Under the pieces are notes generated by a model. The model worked only from the letters and a program-made list of their open reading frames with translations. It made no database searches and was not told the origin of the DNA. This document shows, one piece after another, positions 13,446 through 26,040 of a stretch of DNA of 64,000 bases. The translations under genes were made by a program, and so were the position numbers. Where the stretch lies: NCBI GenBank assembly GCA_951406725.2, contig OX597824.1, positions 41,230,001 through 41,294,000 on the forward strand. The letters run 5' to 3'. The number at the start of each line of letters is the position of its first letter. Positions within the stretch are counted from its first letter, which is position 1. This stretch comes from Octopus vulgaris. Taxonomy: Eukaryota.

Positions 13446-14454
13446 TTCCAGGCCCCATCTTATCACAGAAAACACACCACATGAACTTTTAGCAATGAAA
13501 ATTCTTTTAACCTCCTTCTCTTTGCCTCCTGTACTATATTGAGCATTTTATTACACCCATTTATGATATGGCAAGCTGTGATATGTAACTCACCATGAAT
13601 AGTTTCCAAAGCTGTTAGCACCAGCATCCCACATCTCGTCCAAATTTGTCTGAAAACTCAGAGATCAAGGTTTGGACATACTTCAGTTAGAAGAGCCATC
13701 GTCAATATAACCACAGGTTATTTCAATGTATTATATACTTGAAGGCTTCGTATTACTGAAAAGTTTTAGATGTTGAAGTAGACAGCGATATTGCCGAACA
13801 AGAAATCAGAGCTATTGTCTAATTGCCGTCATCAGAGAAAGTTCTTAACAGCTTCCAAATCATGAAATTCCAAGGCGTATTTACTCAAATCCATAACAAT
13901 CACATTTAATTAGTATTGCTGAGACGTTGCAGCTTGTTCATCCAAGATTTGGGTTGAGTAGTTTCACATCATAGTAGTCCATATACTTTTGAACTGCAAC
14001 TTTATTCAAACTCGCGAATGGTGTTCACTAATGAGAATCAACCTGCTCGGTGCATTGCGGGCACAGCTTCATTCATCATACATTGTCTGACTGCTCGTCC
14101 ATATATATTAAGTGAGGACAAATATCCGTCAAATCTAAATAATGTAAATAATGTACATAATTCATCATCTCTTAAATATAGAACTATATATATATGTACA
14201 TATGTGTGTGTGTGTGTGCGTGTACACAGACACACACACACACACTACTCCTTTGGACTATAGCCATGCCTGAGTACCGCTTTGAAAGGTTTAGTCGAAT
14301 AAATAGACCACTGTACTTATTTTTAAGCCATGTATTTATTCTATCCTTCTCTTTTTGCCTGGCTGTTAAGTTACAGGGTCTTAAATAAGCTAACACCGGT
14401 TGTCAGGCGGTGGTACGGAGACAATACAAACAAAAATACACACACATAACTATA

Positions 14455-14671
14455 CAGTGATCTGTCGCCATATCGAGGTTCACCTATCGTGGTACATTAT
14501 TTAAGCTTACGTCGATTCCCCCGTGGTGTTATTTTGCATTTATAATAAAATAAATACATACAAATAATAAAAATAAAAAAAAAATAATACAGGACAGTAC
14601 TGTTTCTACTTCGCGGATTTTCATCTATCGCGGGGTGGGGGTTGGAACCCGCAGTAGTCGAGGTATTACTG
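14455..14671. mobile_element. Tc1/mariner (pogo/Tigger-like) MITE
   Basis: TA|CAGTGATC..TCG ... CGAGGTATTACTG|TA: imperfect TIRs with TA target duplication. Confidence 0.7.
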
Positions 14672-14673
14672 TA

Positions 14674-14902
14674 TACCTATTTCTTTACTACCCACAAGGG
14701 GCTAAACACAGAGGGGACAAACAAGGACAGACAAACGGATTAAGTCGATTACATCGACCCCAGTGCGTAACTGGTACTTAATTTATCGACCCCGAAAGGA
14801 TGAAAGGCAAAGTCGACCTCGGCGAAATTTGAACTCAGAACGTAACGACAGATGAAATACCGCTAAGCATTTCGCCAGGCGTGCTAACGATTCTGCCAGC
14901 TC
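14674..14902 (-). mobile_element. Young SINE family A monomer
   Basis: Near-identical to the first monomer of 4027-4260. Confidence 0.9.
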
Positions 14903-15764
14903 ACACTTGTATGTGTGTGTGTATGATGGGCTTCTTTCTGTTTCCATCTTACTGAATCCATTCATAAAGTTTTTGTTGGCCCGGGGCTAGAGTAGAAGAC
15001 ACTTGCCTAAGGTGCTTAACGTACGTATTAAACTCAGTCGTTGAGTGTATGTGTGGTTTGGTTATTTCAGTTTGTCGATGATTCGTCATATCGCAATGTT
15101 AATAATTACCGTTTCTCGCCACAATTACGTTCCCTTTAACAGATCAATGCTGTCACCAGTTCTTCTTTCGTTAGGATAATAGAAAAAACTAAAGACAGGA
15201 ATTTGATGTAATTTGACATAATTTGATGTGATTTCATGTAATTATTTTTGTTGTAGCTTTTTATTCTTATCGAAAATGAGAGAAAAAGAAAGGAAAATAA
15301 AACAAAATATTGTCGTTGAAATATAATATATAACTGGAAAAAGAATAATAAGTACTTCAAAAAAACAAACTGAAGCTAAAAGAAAAAAATATTGATGGTC
15401 TTTGTTTTCATTTTAATTATAGTTTGTTATTTAATTGTTTGAAACGATTGTTACCTCACACACGCAACATATTCGTCATATTGTAGCATTAACAAAACAA
15501 CAACAACAACAAAAGCAAAAAGCAGAAAAGACAAAACAAAAACTAACGAGACAACAAAACACAATAAAAGAAGAAGCAATCAATCAGAGCCTGTATTTCT
15601 CTTTATCCATGAGACGCCAACGGAAATTAGGGGAATTTAGGGTAGGGGAATGAATCGAGCTTTTGTTTGCCAGGAATGTGATAAAAGCGAATCCAAAGAT
15701 CTAGTTTTTGGTGTTGCTATATAGCTAATGACAATGGTAATTATTTTTTAAATAGACACACCGA

Positions 15765-16560
15765 CTGAAATTTTAGGAAATGTAACAGCCGTTTATATCG
15801 ATCACCGATACTTGACAAGCATTTATTTTATTGATCCTGGAGAGATGAAAATGAAAGTTGACTCGGCGGGATTTGAACTCAGAACTTGAACAACCATTAC
15901 TTAATACCGCAAACCATATTTGCGTGACGCTCTAAGGATTCTTCCTTTTCCCTGCTCTACTAATAACGATAATAATGTTTTCTGATTTAAGCGCAATGCC
16001 AGCAATTTTGAGAGGAGAGAGCTAGTCGATAGCACTGGCCTCAGTATTTCACTGGTACTTTATGATATCGACCCCCGAAATGACGAAAGGCAAAGTTGTC
16101 CTCGGAGGGATTTGAATACAGAATGTGACATGTCAAGAGAAATACCGCATGGTATTCTGTTCGACACTGTAACGATTCTTCCAACTCACCGTCCTAAATG
16201 ATAGTTTCGGATTTAGCCCAAAGTTTCAAGGAAGGGGTTAGTCGATTTCATCAAAACTCGCCAACTGGTTGGTACTTTGTTTCATTGAATCAGAAGAATG
16301 AAAGGCGAAGTTAATCTCGTTAGGATTTGAACTCAGAATGTAGCGAATCGGAAGAAATACTGTTAGGCATTTCTTCTAGCACGCTAACAATTTACCCAGT
16401 TCGCCAATTGGCTTGTAACAATAATAATACTTTCTACTATAGACACAAGGTCTGAAATTTTGGGGGAGCGTTTAGTCGATTACAGCGATTCCAGTGATCA
16501 GCTGGTACTTACTTCATCGAGCCCGAAAGGATCAAAGGCAAAATCGGCCTCGGCGGAATA
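15765..16560 (-). mobile_element. Tandem pile of four diverged SINE A copies
   Basis: Repeated blocks GAAAGGCAAAGT...CTCGG...ATTTGAACTCAGAA near 15850, 16090, 16300 and 16535. Confidence 0.75.
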
Positions 16561-16629
16561 CTTGTAGCAATGATTTTGTTCAGGGCTCATTATTTTAGGC
16601 ATAGTAACAATAATAATTATTATTTCTTC

Positions 16630-16795
16630 TATGAAAGGAATGAAAGAAATGGTCAAGCTCTACAGCTGTTTCAAAAGGGACACTCATGCACATTATGTAA
16701 CATTACAAATGCTTCATGGGGTATTTTCTCATCGGGGACATGCGGCTATTCTGTTGGAAATTATTTACCGTAATGAATTATGTAAAAAAACAACA
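16630..16795 (+). mobile_element. A-tailed retroposon 3' end; second copy at 21248-21426 (-)
   Basis: Both copies read ATGAAAGGAA(T/C)GAAAGAA...CTGTTTCAAAAGG...GTAATGAATTATGT followed by an A run. Confidence 0.7.
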
Positions 16796-17477
16796 AAAAC
16801 AAACAGAAAATTAGACTAGGTAAGTTTACATAGGTGCTTCTTACCATACTTAAATCTGGATTACATAATCACAGTTAAACATTTAGGTCCGAAGAAAGGC
16901 TGATAGCACATCTTTATCTATAATAATTTGGAAATTAGAAGGCCGATCGTTCAATGTGCAAAACCCTAATACGGTTATAGCAGTAAGTGCTTAATATGCA
17001 TTGCAGAGATTATGATAATCATGAACAGTAAGGATAATATTATTAATAGACTCGATGGATTAATTATGAGATGTAATCATCGATTATGCAATACTCTACT
17101 CCGCTGCAAACCCTTTTCTCTATTAGGTAATACTAATTACTTCCTCTTAATTTGTAGTCACTTATAGTTTTTTAATGTACCTAATTTTCTTTCGCCTCTA
17201 GGATTTTACTATATCTATTTAACATTATTTAATGAAATATAAATTTGCTGATAGATATCTTACTTAGTTTTATTAACGTGTATACGGACCATTCGAGTGT
17301 ACATTGTTCTTCCATGTTTCTACTACGTGGCTCACGTACGTTTCGTTACAGATAGTTAACTTACATCAATTACTTCTAATTCTCCATAGTGTCAATTTAT
17401 ATATGTTTTTCGTACATAGATCTACGTACCATCGTATGTAAGTTTACCGTTATCAATTTTCGTTCACCCATAGTTCG

Positions 17478-18284
17478 CAGTTGTGTGAGACTCTTGTTAC
17501 TTGTTTTGCCTTAATTCTTACTATCTCTGTGTTTTCTTGTTTCTTTTTCCTATACGTACAACGAACTCTAAACGTACAGGTTATGCATTTGTATATTTGT
17601 GTTTTTCTATACATCTAACTTGTTAGCCTGTCTCTTTCCAGTTTTAATTATGTCTTACTGTTTTTGTTTTCGGTCATTACATTCAGTTACCTTTTAGCAT
17701 ACGTCTGTAGGTATTTATGTTTGTATGTACTTGTGCAAGTATGCTTTTATGTTAGCATTGTATAGGTATATTCATTTGTAAATATTTATGTCTAAAAGGC
17801 AGCGAGCTGGCAGAATCGTTAGCACGCTGGGCGAAATGCTTAGCAGTATTTCGTCTGCCGTTACGTTCTGAGTTCAAATTCTGTCGATGTCTACTTTGTC
17901 TTTCATCCTTTCGGGGTCGATTAAATAAGTACCAGTTACGCATTGGGGTCGATATAATCGACTTAATCCGTTTGTCTGTTCTTGTTTGTCCTCTCTGTAT
18001 TTAGCCTCTTGTGGGTAGTAAAGAAATAGGTATTTCGTTTGTCTTTATGTTCTGAGTTCAAATTCCACCGAGGTCAACTTTGCCTTTCATCCTTTCGGGG
18101 TCCATAAATTAAGTACAAGTTGCATATTGGGGTCGATGTAATCGACTGGCCCCTTCCACCAAAATTTCGGGCCTTGTGCTTAGAGTAGAGAAGAATATTT
18201 GTGGCTAAGTGTATGTATACGTGTCTATATTTTTGTAGATATGTAGCGAGTATATTTACACATATTCTTGCGTGTATACGTAAG

Positions 18285-18325
<41 letters not shown>

Positions 18326-18398
18326 AAAAATGAATAGAAATGACTTTTCTGATAATTTTTCCACTTTAATAATTAGATGTTTACATAAGGTACACGCG

Positions 18399-18486
<88 letters not shown>

Positions 18487-18685
18487 CTCTCTCTCTCGTA
18501 GTTGTGTGAGATTCTTGTTATTGTTTTGCTTTAATTCTTACTATCTCAAACTTTTCTTGTTTCTTTTTCCTGTACATCCAGCAAGCTTTAAACGTACAGG
18601 TTTTGTGTGCGTATATATTTATCCTTTTGTAATTATACATCTAATTTGTTAGCCTGTCTCTTTTCAGTTTTAATTATGTCTTTTT
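17478..18685 (+). repeat. Diverged ~185-bp direct duplication (17478-17660 and 18498-18685)
   Basis: Both start AGTTGTGTGAGA(C/T)TCTTGTTA and end TGTTAGCCTGTCTCTTT.CAGTTTTAATTATGTCTT. Confidence 0.8.
17796..18195 (+). mobile_element. SINE family A dimer
   Basis: Same architecture and junction as 4027-4425. Confidence 0.9.
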
Positions 18686-18782
18686 CGTTATTCGCCTTCT
18701 TTGAGTTTCCGTCTACCAAATCCACTCACAAGGTTTTGATCGGCCCGAGGCTATAGTAGAAGACGCTTGCCCAAAGTGCCAC

Positions 18783-18870
<88 letters not shown>

Positions 18871-18879
18871 CGCGCGTGT

Positions 18880-18918
<39 letters not shown>

Positions 18919-19080
18919 CATACATATATTTATTTGTACACATATGTTATTTTAAGATCCAATGATCTAAGTGTAGGAAGTCTGTAAGCTGCGAGCAGTC
19001 TGTGGTAGACATAAAAGCAACGGTCAGGAAAAATAAAATTTATTGGCGTGGGTTGTAGGCTTTTTCTATATCGAAGTTCG

Positions 19081-19205
19081 TCGAAAGTAAAGAATACGTA
19101 CAACCGGTGTTTAGGGTTAGGGTTAGGGCTTAGGATTAGGATTAGGGTTAAGGTTTTTGTTACTCCGAAAACGAGTGGTGTACGTATTCTTTACTCCCCC
19201 CCCCC
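19081..19205. mobile_element. Small TIR element containing TTAGGG repeats, with 9-bp flanking direct repeat
   Basis: Perfect 17-bp IR AGTAAAGAATACGTACA (19086-19102) / TGTACGTATTCTTTACT (19179-19195); about 7 exact or degenerate TTAGGG units inside; CGAAGTTCG at 19072-19080 and 19206-19214. Confidence 0.7.
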
Positions 19206-19341
19206 CGAAGTTCGATAAGCTGAAACAAATTTTCTGTACCTCAAGGTTAGCAACTGGAGTCGCTATGAATGTGAATGTCTTCTGCGAGTTAACTCGGGAT
19301 TCCTTAACGACAACGTAACCTTCATATAACTAATGTATCTT

Positions 19342-19426
19342 GGGCCTGGTGATTAGCTAGCTGAGTACCCCTCGTTGAGTAATTATCACATCAGAGGATT
19401 TGCTGGCTACGAAACATATGTAGCCT
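19342..19426 (+). ncRNA. Type-I hammerhead motif with one core mutation, in an element (19280-19440) homologous to 60875-61032
   Basis: gggc-CUGGUGA-u-uagcuagc...gcuggcua-c-GAAAC-AUAU-GUA-gccu: 4-bp stem I, 8-bp stem II, palindromic ACAUAUGU stem III. Confidence 0.7.
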
Positions 19427-19789
19427 GAATTTTACCTGCTACATTCCCTCAATTTGGGTTATGTAGGTTTACTATTAATACCGATATAGACGTACATAAA
19501 TTTATGTTTCTTATAGTTTAATTTTAAAGTTAGTGTCTAATCCTGCCTATATTTGATTGAATACTTTTGTACATAGGATAAATGTGTTTGGAAGTTGTGT
19601 GTTCTGTTTTTTGGTATGTTTGATCACAAACAGCACTTCTTTTAGTGCTGTTGACACCGCCGGATTGAATGGTACTGCAAATGTGTCGAAACCATAATGA
19701 TATCCGTGGGGCAGTTGGATTGTTGGTATGGTTGTTTTTGTATATGTGGAATAGTATTATAACACATCCTTTTGATATATATATATATA

Positions 19790-20749
19790 CTAGCAGCATA
19801 GCCCGGCGTTTCCCGGGTATGTAAGAGCCCCTAGTAGGCAACGACTAATCCCAATCTAGTCCTTTCCCTCTAGGGAAGGAAGGCGCATGTGTAGGTTGCA
19901 ATGTCTTCTCTTCACTCGAATACTTCTGTGTATACGATGTTCCTAGCTGTCCCTTTGGGCGAAAACATGAAAACATCATTGCGCCTCCCAACGCGTGAAC
20001 AGCCCACGTAGAGTTGACCGTGAGCGAAGCACTGTTCGCCCAACTGTAACCCAGCGACTTGTAGCGTTTGGCCTTGGGATTTATTGATGGACATTGCGAA
20101 GCAGAGTTTAACAGGAAACTGAGAACGCCTGAAGTGGATTGGTAGGTCAGCGCCCGACGGTTGAAGGTGCATGCGTGGAATGAAGACGTCCTCTCCCTTC
20201 CCACAACCGGTAAGTATTGTGGCCGTTATTAAATGTGGTGGCAAATGTTTCACAACCAGACGTGTGCCATTGTACTGTTTAGGTGGAACCAAATTCCTGA
20301 TGAGCATGATAGGCGCGCCAACTTTTAACTTCAGGATGTGTGGCGGCAGGCCTGGCGGTTCAAGTGAATTCAGGAATTCAACAGGATAATCGGCAAGCTC
20401 GGCGGGATCTGCTGTCCTATCAATAGATTTGTAGACGTGGACATCACCAGGAATAGCTTCAAGTAGCTGGATATTGATGGAGTTGAGAGTTAAAAAGGTC
20501 GAGTTGCGTCCCCTAGACAGTCTGAGGTTTGTGTTTCTGATTCTTGACCCCATGTCGAATTTATCGATTTTTTTCAGAACTGGGGGAACTTTTCAAAATT
20601 TTCGCTGCGTTAGTTTTGAATTATGACATTGGGCTATGTGTGTGTCAAGTTTCATCAGAATCGGTTGAAAGCCGTGGTCAGGGTGAGGGTACAACCTGAC
20701 AGACACACAGACACACAGACAGACAAACTGCCGTTTATATATAGAGAGA
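19790..20749 (-). mobile_element. Complete non-autonomous Helitron (960 bp)
   Basis: Minus strand begins A|TCTCTCTATATATAAA plus (TGTC)n and ends with hairpin CCCGG-GAAACG-CCGGG then CTAG|T. Inserted at an AT with no TSD; carries a helicase fragment. Confidence 0.9.
19912..20553 (-). CDS. Pif1-family (Helitron RepHel) helicase C-terminal fragment in an open frame
   Basis: YPVEFLNSLEPPGLPPHILKLKVGAPIMLIRNL...NGTRLVV...RSQFPVKLCFAMSINKSQGQTL...FAHGQLYVGCSRV...NIVYTEVF are Pif1/Helitron motifs. The first ~20 residues look non-homologous, and there is no Walker A or Rep domain. Confidence 0.85.
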   Translation of the reverse strand: MGSRIRNTNLRLSRGRNSTFLTLNSINIQLLEAIPGDVHVYKSIDRTADPAELADYPVEFLNSLEPPGLPPHILKLKVGAPIMLIRNLVPPKQYNGTRLVVKHLPPHLITATILTGCGKGEDVFIPRMHLQPSGADLPIHFRRSQFPVKLCFAMSINKSQGQTLQVAGLQLGEQCFAHGQLYVGCSRVGRRNDVFMFSPKGTARNIVYTEVFE

Positions 20750-21927
20750 TACACGCACACTTACACACACACACACACACACACACGCATATGTATGTGT
20801 GTATACATAGATTTACGTATATGTATGATTACAGGTATGCTGTGAATGCATGCATTTGCGTAGTTTCTTTTCTGCGTGTGGATGTTGTATGTGTATGTAC
20901 ATACACGTAACTTGCTTAGTACTCTTTCCTTTTCTTTTCTCTTCTTTGGTTTCCCCCTCCTATTAGTTTTATTACTCACGTTATCTTTCCTCAGTAATAA
21001 ACGTTCCATTCTTGTGCTATGGCTTCCCCTAACATGACACTTGAGGAGCAATTTCACCATATACCGAAACCATTAATCAAATCAGAATCTTCTGTAGCCG
21101 CACCATAAATTTGATCATGTGGATAATGAAATGATCTCCAAGAAATCTTACCCCAATATACTTGTTAAGGTGTATGGCACGCGATTAGCTCTTTACCAAT
21201 CCCACTTTCCGCTTCACTTCTTGATCCTTAAAATGAACATTTTAGCCCGTTTTTTTTTTTTTACATAATTCATTACAGTAAATCATTTCCAGCAGAATTG
21301 CTGCATGCATCCGACACGAAAGGACAGCAGATAGTCCTAAAACATTTTTAATGTTACATAATATGTGCCCAGTATTCCTTTTGAAACAGATGTAGTGCTT
21401 GACGACTTCTTTCGTTCCTTTCATTTACAAACTCGACTGTCGCATAATAAGCAACATTCGTTGCTTTCGAATTGGAGTTATATAGCATGTTACCGGAATT
21501 TTCTGTCTACTCTCGAAATGAGACGAAGTGTAGTGATTAATAAACCTTATTGGCCAGTTAGCGATTTTTTTGTGTTTTCTATATAAGCCTTCTTTATGCT
21601 AGGTAGCAACCAACTGTTTTTACTTCGATCAACTGAGTGATCCTACTAATATATTATATATATATACATACACGCACAGGGTGTGTGTGTGTGTGTATGT
21701 GTGTGTGTGTGTTATGCGTAATAAAAATAGATATTCAAGGAATCAGACAGAGCTCACAGTTACCTCTCCGTCTGGTGCGCGGCTATCAAGAAAGACCGTA
21801 GTTAAGGTTAGGGATGTAACTTCAGCGTTGTTCTGAAATTTCTGAAAACGCAATGGTGGAAAGTTTGTATAAAAGTCGATCTGATAAGAGATATGTAGCA
21901 AGATAATAGATGATTATTCCATTTGTT

Positions 21928-21969
21928 GACAGCTGTTTCGTAATTTCTATTAGTTACGAAACAGCTGTC
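21928..21969. repeat. 16-bp perfect inverted repeat made of a hammerhead 3' half
   Basis: GACAGCTGTTTCGTAA / TTACGAAACAGCTGTC; the same GAAAC-AGCT-GTC occurs at 32773-32784. Confidence 0.65.
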
Positions 21970-22227
21970 TATTAATGAAATGCATATATGTGTGTGTTAT
22001 ATTTACCTTATATATCGTGTGAGTTGATGTAGACAGTAGGCATTCATGTCAAAGTAAAATAGATACGAACAATGAAATAGCTTCAATTAGCTGTGCCAGT
22101 TAACTATAGAACATAGCTAACATCTGTCCTTGAACGTCACAACCTTCCCTTTCTGATTTCCCTAGAAAAGAAAAAATACCCCACACTATAAAGCTAAATG
22201 GGAATAACTGGGAATAATTTTGTCGAC

Positions 22228-22260
<33 letters not shown>

Positions 22261-22309
22261 GATAATAATACTAATACTAATACTACTACTAATGATAATA
22301 CTGATAATA

Positions 22310-22510
22310 ATGTACCACATGACCCGTTTGCGTGGTCCGTCGCAGCCAATAGGAAGTCGCTCAGCCGATAATTCCGGTGAAGCAGCAATCCTTTCTTTTA
22401 TGCAATCTATTACACGGCCGGAATTAATTGCTTAAAAGCAGACGATATGTTGTCGTAAACACGACTGCAGTCATTGAATTGGGCTTTTCGGCTAATCGCT
22501 TTGATTATGG
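22310..22510. promoter_or_regulatory. CpG-rich non-repetitive island, candidate cis-regulatory element
   Basis: CCAAT at 22346, inverted TAATTCCGG/CCGGAATTA (22369-22377, 22418-22426), TCGTAAACA. Based on motif reading only. Confidence 0.25.
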
Positions 22511-22575
22511 TCTTTTATGTTGAAATCTGATTTTTGTTGGCATTGTATCGGCTGAAAAGTTGTGTGCATCTGCGG

Positions 22576-22616
<41 letters not shown>

Positions 22617-22755
22617 CGTGTGCGTGTGTAGGAGGCAGTGAAAGTTCGAATGTGTATATGTATGTGTCTGTGTGTGTTTGTGTGTGCGCGGATATCAGTG
22701 TAGGCAACAATCTGTCTGGCATTGTGAGTTTTTGAAAGTGCGAATGAATGAATGA

Positions 22756-22819
<64 letters not shown>

Positions 22820-22953
22820 AAGCGCATATGTGTTTATAGTCGATAATGCGAATAGCATTGTCAAATTTCGAAAGTGTACGTATATGTGTGTGTGTGTGTG
22901 TATGTGTATATAAGATTGCATGTATGCATATGTATTTGTAATTGAAAAACTGA

Positions 22954-23019
<66 letters not shown>

Positions 23020-23157
23020 CTGAGTGAGAGAGACAGAGAGAGAATGAGTGAGAGAGAAAGAAAGAGAGAAAGAGATTAAGGTGGGGAGTGAGAGAGAAAA
23101 GTCGAGAAACGAAGATTTCATAATAAAAGCGGTGTTAGTGTGTATGTGTGTGTGTGT

Positions 23158-23190
<33 letters not shown>

Positions 23191-23374
23191 CAGAGAGAAA
23201 GACAGACAGACAGACAAATAGATAGATATATATATATATAGATAGATAGATAGATGGATAGACAGATAAATAGATAGAGAGTGAGATAAATAGGTTGAAA
23301 GACACACACACATATTACATATGCATATCCATCCATCCATTTGCCATACATACATGCATACATACTTACATACA

Positions 23375-23493
<119 letters not shown>

Positions 23494-23504
23494 TTATCTA
23501 TCTA

Positions 23505-23589
<85 letters not shown>

Positions 23590-24172
23590 TGATAACTAGA
23601 TAGATGAGATAATGATAGATAGCTAGAGCGATGGATAGATAAAAAATACATAAAAATAGAAAAAGGTTAGCAGACAGACAAACAGAGAAGGGGAGAAAAG
23701 GCCATTGAACCAAACTATACACCCCCCCTTCCGTTTCGCCTTTCATGTCACGACATGTCCTAATACGGGGTACGGCACCAATTTCTATGGCACACCATGC
23801 TACCACGGTGCAGCGTAACGCTTTTCCTTTACACGCAAATAAATAGACAAAAGGTGGTTCCGAACTACCACCGAACCCTTCTTCTATCCTTTTAATATCA
23901 CCACCGACATTCTTGATACCTCCATCATCACCATTACACGCCACCGCTGCTGCAATCGGATCCACCACCACCACCACCACCACTACCACCACAACCACCA
24001 CCACCACAACCACCACCACCACCAACAACAACAAAACCACTATCATCGTCACTGCAACAACCACCACCACTACTGTCACCTTCTCTGTCACCACAACCGC
24101 AATTAGCACTCTCCCCAGCACGATCACTACTACTACCGCTACCATTATCATTATTATTAGAAAAGAAATCAC

Positions 24173-24263
<91 letters not shown>

Positions 24264-24695
24264 GAGGCGGCGAGCTGGCAGAAACGTTAGCACGCCGGGC
24301 GAAATGCTTAGCGGTATTTCGTCTGCCGTTACTTTGTGAGTTCAAGTTCCGCCGAGGTCGACTTTGCCTTTCATCCTTGCGGGGTCGATAAATTAAGTAC
24401 CAGTTACGCACTGGGGTCGATTTAATCGACTTAATACCTATGTCTGTCCTTGTTTGTCCCCTCTATGTTTTACCCCTTGTAGGTAAAAGAAATAGGTATT
24501 TCTCCCGTCGCTACGATCTGAGTTTAAATTCCGCCGAGGTCGACTTTGCCTTTGATACTTTCGGAGTCGTGTTGAGTGCTGGAGTCGATGTAATAGACTT
24601 AACCCCCCCCACCAAAAAAAAATTCAAACCTTGTGCCTTTTGTTTGTCCTTGTTTGTCCCCGCTGTGTTTATCCCCTTGTGGGTAGTAAAGAAAC

Positions 24696-24730
<35 letters not shown>

Positions 24731-24740
24731 TAATAATAAT
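24264..24740 (+). mobile_element. SINE family A dimer between (ATT)n and (AAT)n tracts
   Basis: Full monomer plus a rearranged second monomer joined at AAATAG|GTATTTC. Confidence 0.85.
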
Positions 24741-24764
24741 AATTATTATTATTATTATTCAATA

Positions 24765-25680
24765 AATGGTGGTTAGCAACGAAAAGAGTGATTAGAGTAG
24801 AATCGATTAGATCTAGTAAGTTCGTGGCTATAGAGAAAAATAGATTAGAATTTGCCTTAGAAACTCAGAGGACGGACTTGGGAAAGACATGGTAACTGAC
24901 GTGCTTGCAGTGAGACTGGCCTTCGACAAATTCTTCAACATGAAGCACAAATGCTACATTGTTAGAGCTAAAGTGTTTACTCCAAGATACGGGGTTTGGG
25001 ATTGTCATTTCGAGATAAACTCAAAACAGACATGGAAATGCCGTTAGCCGAGCCTGTCCGAGATCGCGGGGAGCGTCGAAATCGTCCTGCATGCACTCGT
25101 CCAGTGCCCCAGCATTGCTGATTTGGGAAATTATGTCGAACGTGTGCTATTATGTGAAGGACGGATCTTTTTATCTGCTGAGAACATTGTGAATATCGTC
25201 CCGCTGGTTTCCTTTGACCAGAACGAACAGGTAGTCTTTATCTCTCTGGTGGACTTAGCGAAGAGGTTGTGTGGTGGACGAGACTGAAAGAGCTGCAGAT
25301 ACATCTTCCTCTTTGGGCAAACCTTCGACCTCTTTGAGTTTCACTTGCAAAGGAAACTGAGGGTGAAGACGGAAGTGCTATCTTCCAGCAAATTTAATGA
25401 AAGATGGATGGGAATGGTGAGGATGGTCCAAGCGAACGGGCTTGCTCTAAGCATACGCCTGTAGATTGAGGGAAGAGGATGGAGAGAGGGCATTTGCCTT
25501 AGTGTTCAAGGTGACCGTGGTTTTATAGCGCTTCCACGAGCAACCCTTGGAGGTTTCCTCTCTTTAGGGAAGTTGTTTTTTGTTTCACTGTTTCTATTAT
25601 TTTACTGTTTACACACTTTTATTTCGATTGTGTACTTGTTTTCCGAATGTTTCTGTATCTATTTGTGATGATTAATCTAG
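24765..25680 (+). mobile_element. Internally deleted Tx1/L1-like LINE relic
   Basis: Frameshifted peptides ...KHKCYIVRAKV, HGNAVSRACPR..S.E.VLHALVQCPSIADL (CCHC knuckle) and EVLSSSKFNERW, followed by a T-rich 3' UTR. Homologous to 46780-48380. Confidence 0.7.
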
Positions 25681-25782
25681 TATCCATTTGAATAATATAA
25701 TAACTGTAACAAAATTGATGGAACTTTTTTTTTTGTACTTGTTTCAGTCATTTGACTGCGGCCATGCTGGAGCACCGCCTTT

Positions 25783-25952
25783 AGAGTGGTGAAAGAGTAC
25801 AGCAGGGATCACCACCATCCCCTGCCGGAGCCTCGTGGAGCTTTTAGGTGTTTTCGCTCAATAAACACACACAACGCCCGGTCTGGGAATCGAAACCGCG
25901 ATCCTCCGACCGCAAGTCCGCTGCCCTAACCACTGGGCCATTGCGCCTCCAC
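25783..25952 (-). mobile_element. SINE family C 5' part, fused to a SINE B tail (25735-25782)
   Basis: Reverse complement of 47105-47270. Confidence 0.85.
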
Positions 25953-26040
25953 TGATTATTTTAATTTTAATATTTGATTTAGTTTCAGTGACTTCATTCT
26001 AAGTACCATCAATTTATATTCATATTGTTTTATCTTTTAT

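Larger units (their letters stand above)
14246..15016 (-). mobile_element. SINE family B split by two nested insertions
   Basis: 3' part 14246-14450 and 5' part 14905-15016 match family B (compare 34941-35393). Confidence 0.75.

Noticed and set aside
13500-14010. Minus-strand VIVMDLSK, like an RT motif
   Set aside because: A single short motif among stops; probably a dead LINE, but not supportable.
17330-17375. Minus UUGAUGU...GAAACGUA, and a similar case at 50560-50618
   Set aside because: Several core mismatches and no stem I; not distinguishable from chance.
20645-20660. CTGATGAAAC on the minus strand
   Set aside because: It is part of the Helitron 5' region, with no stems II or III.
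23582-24175. 197-aa minus ORF
   Set aside because: Mostly (GGT)n/(GAT)n-derived valine runs; the unique part has no recognisable domain.
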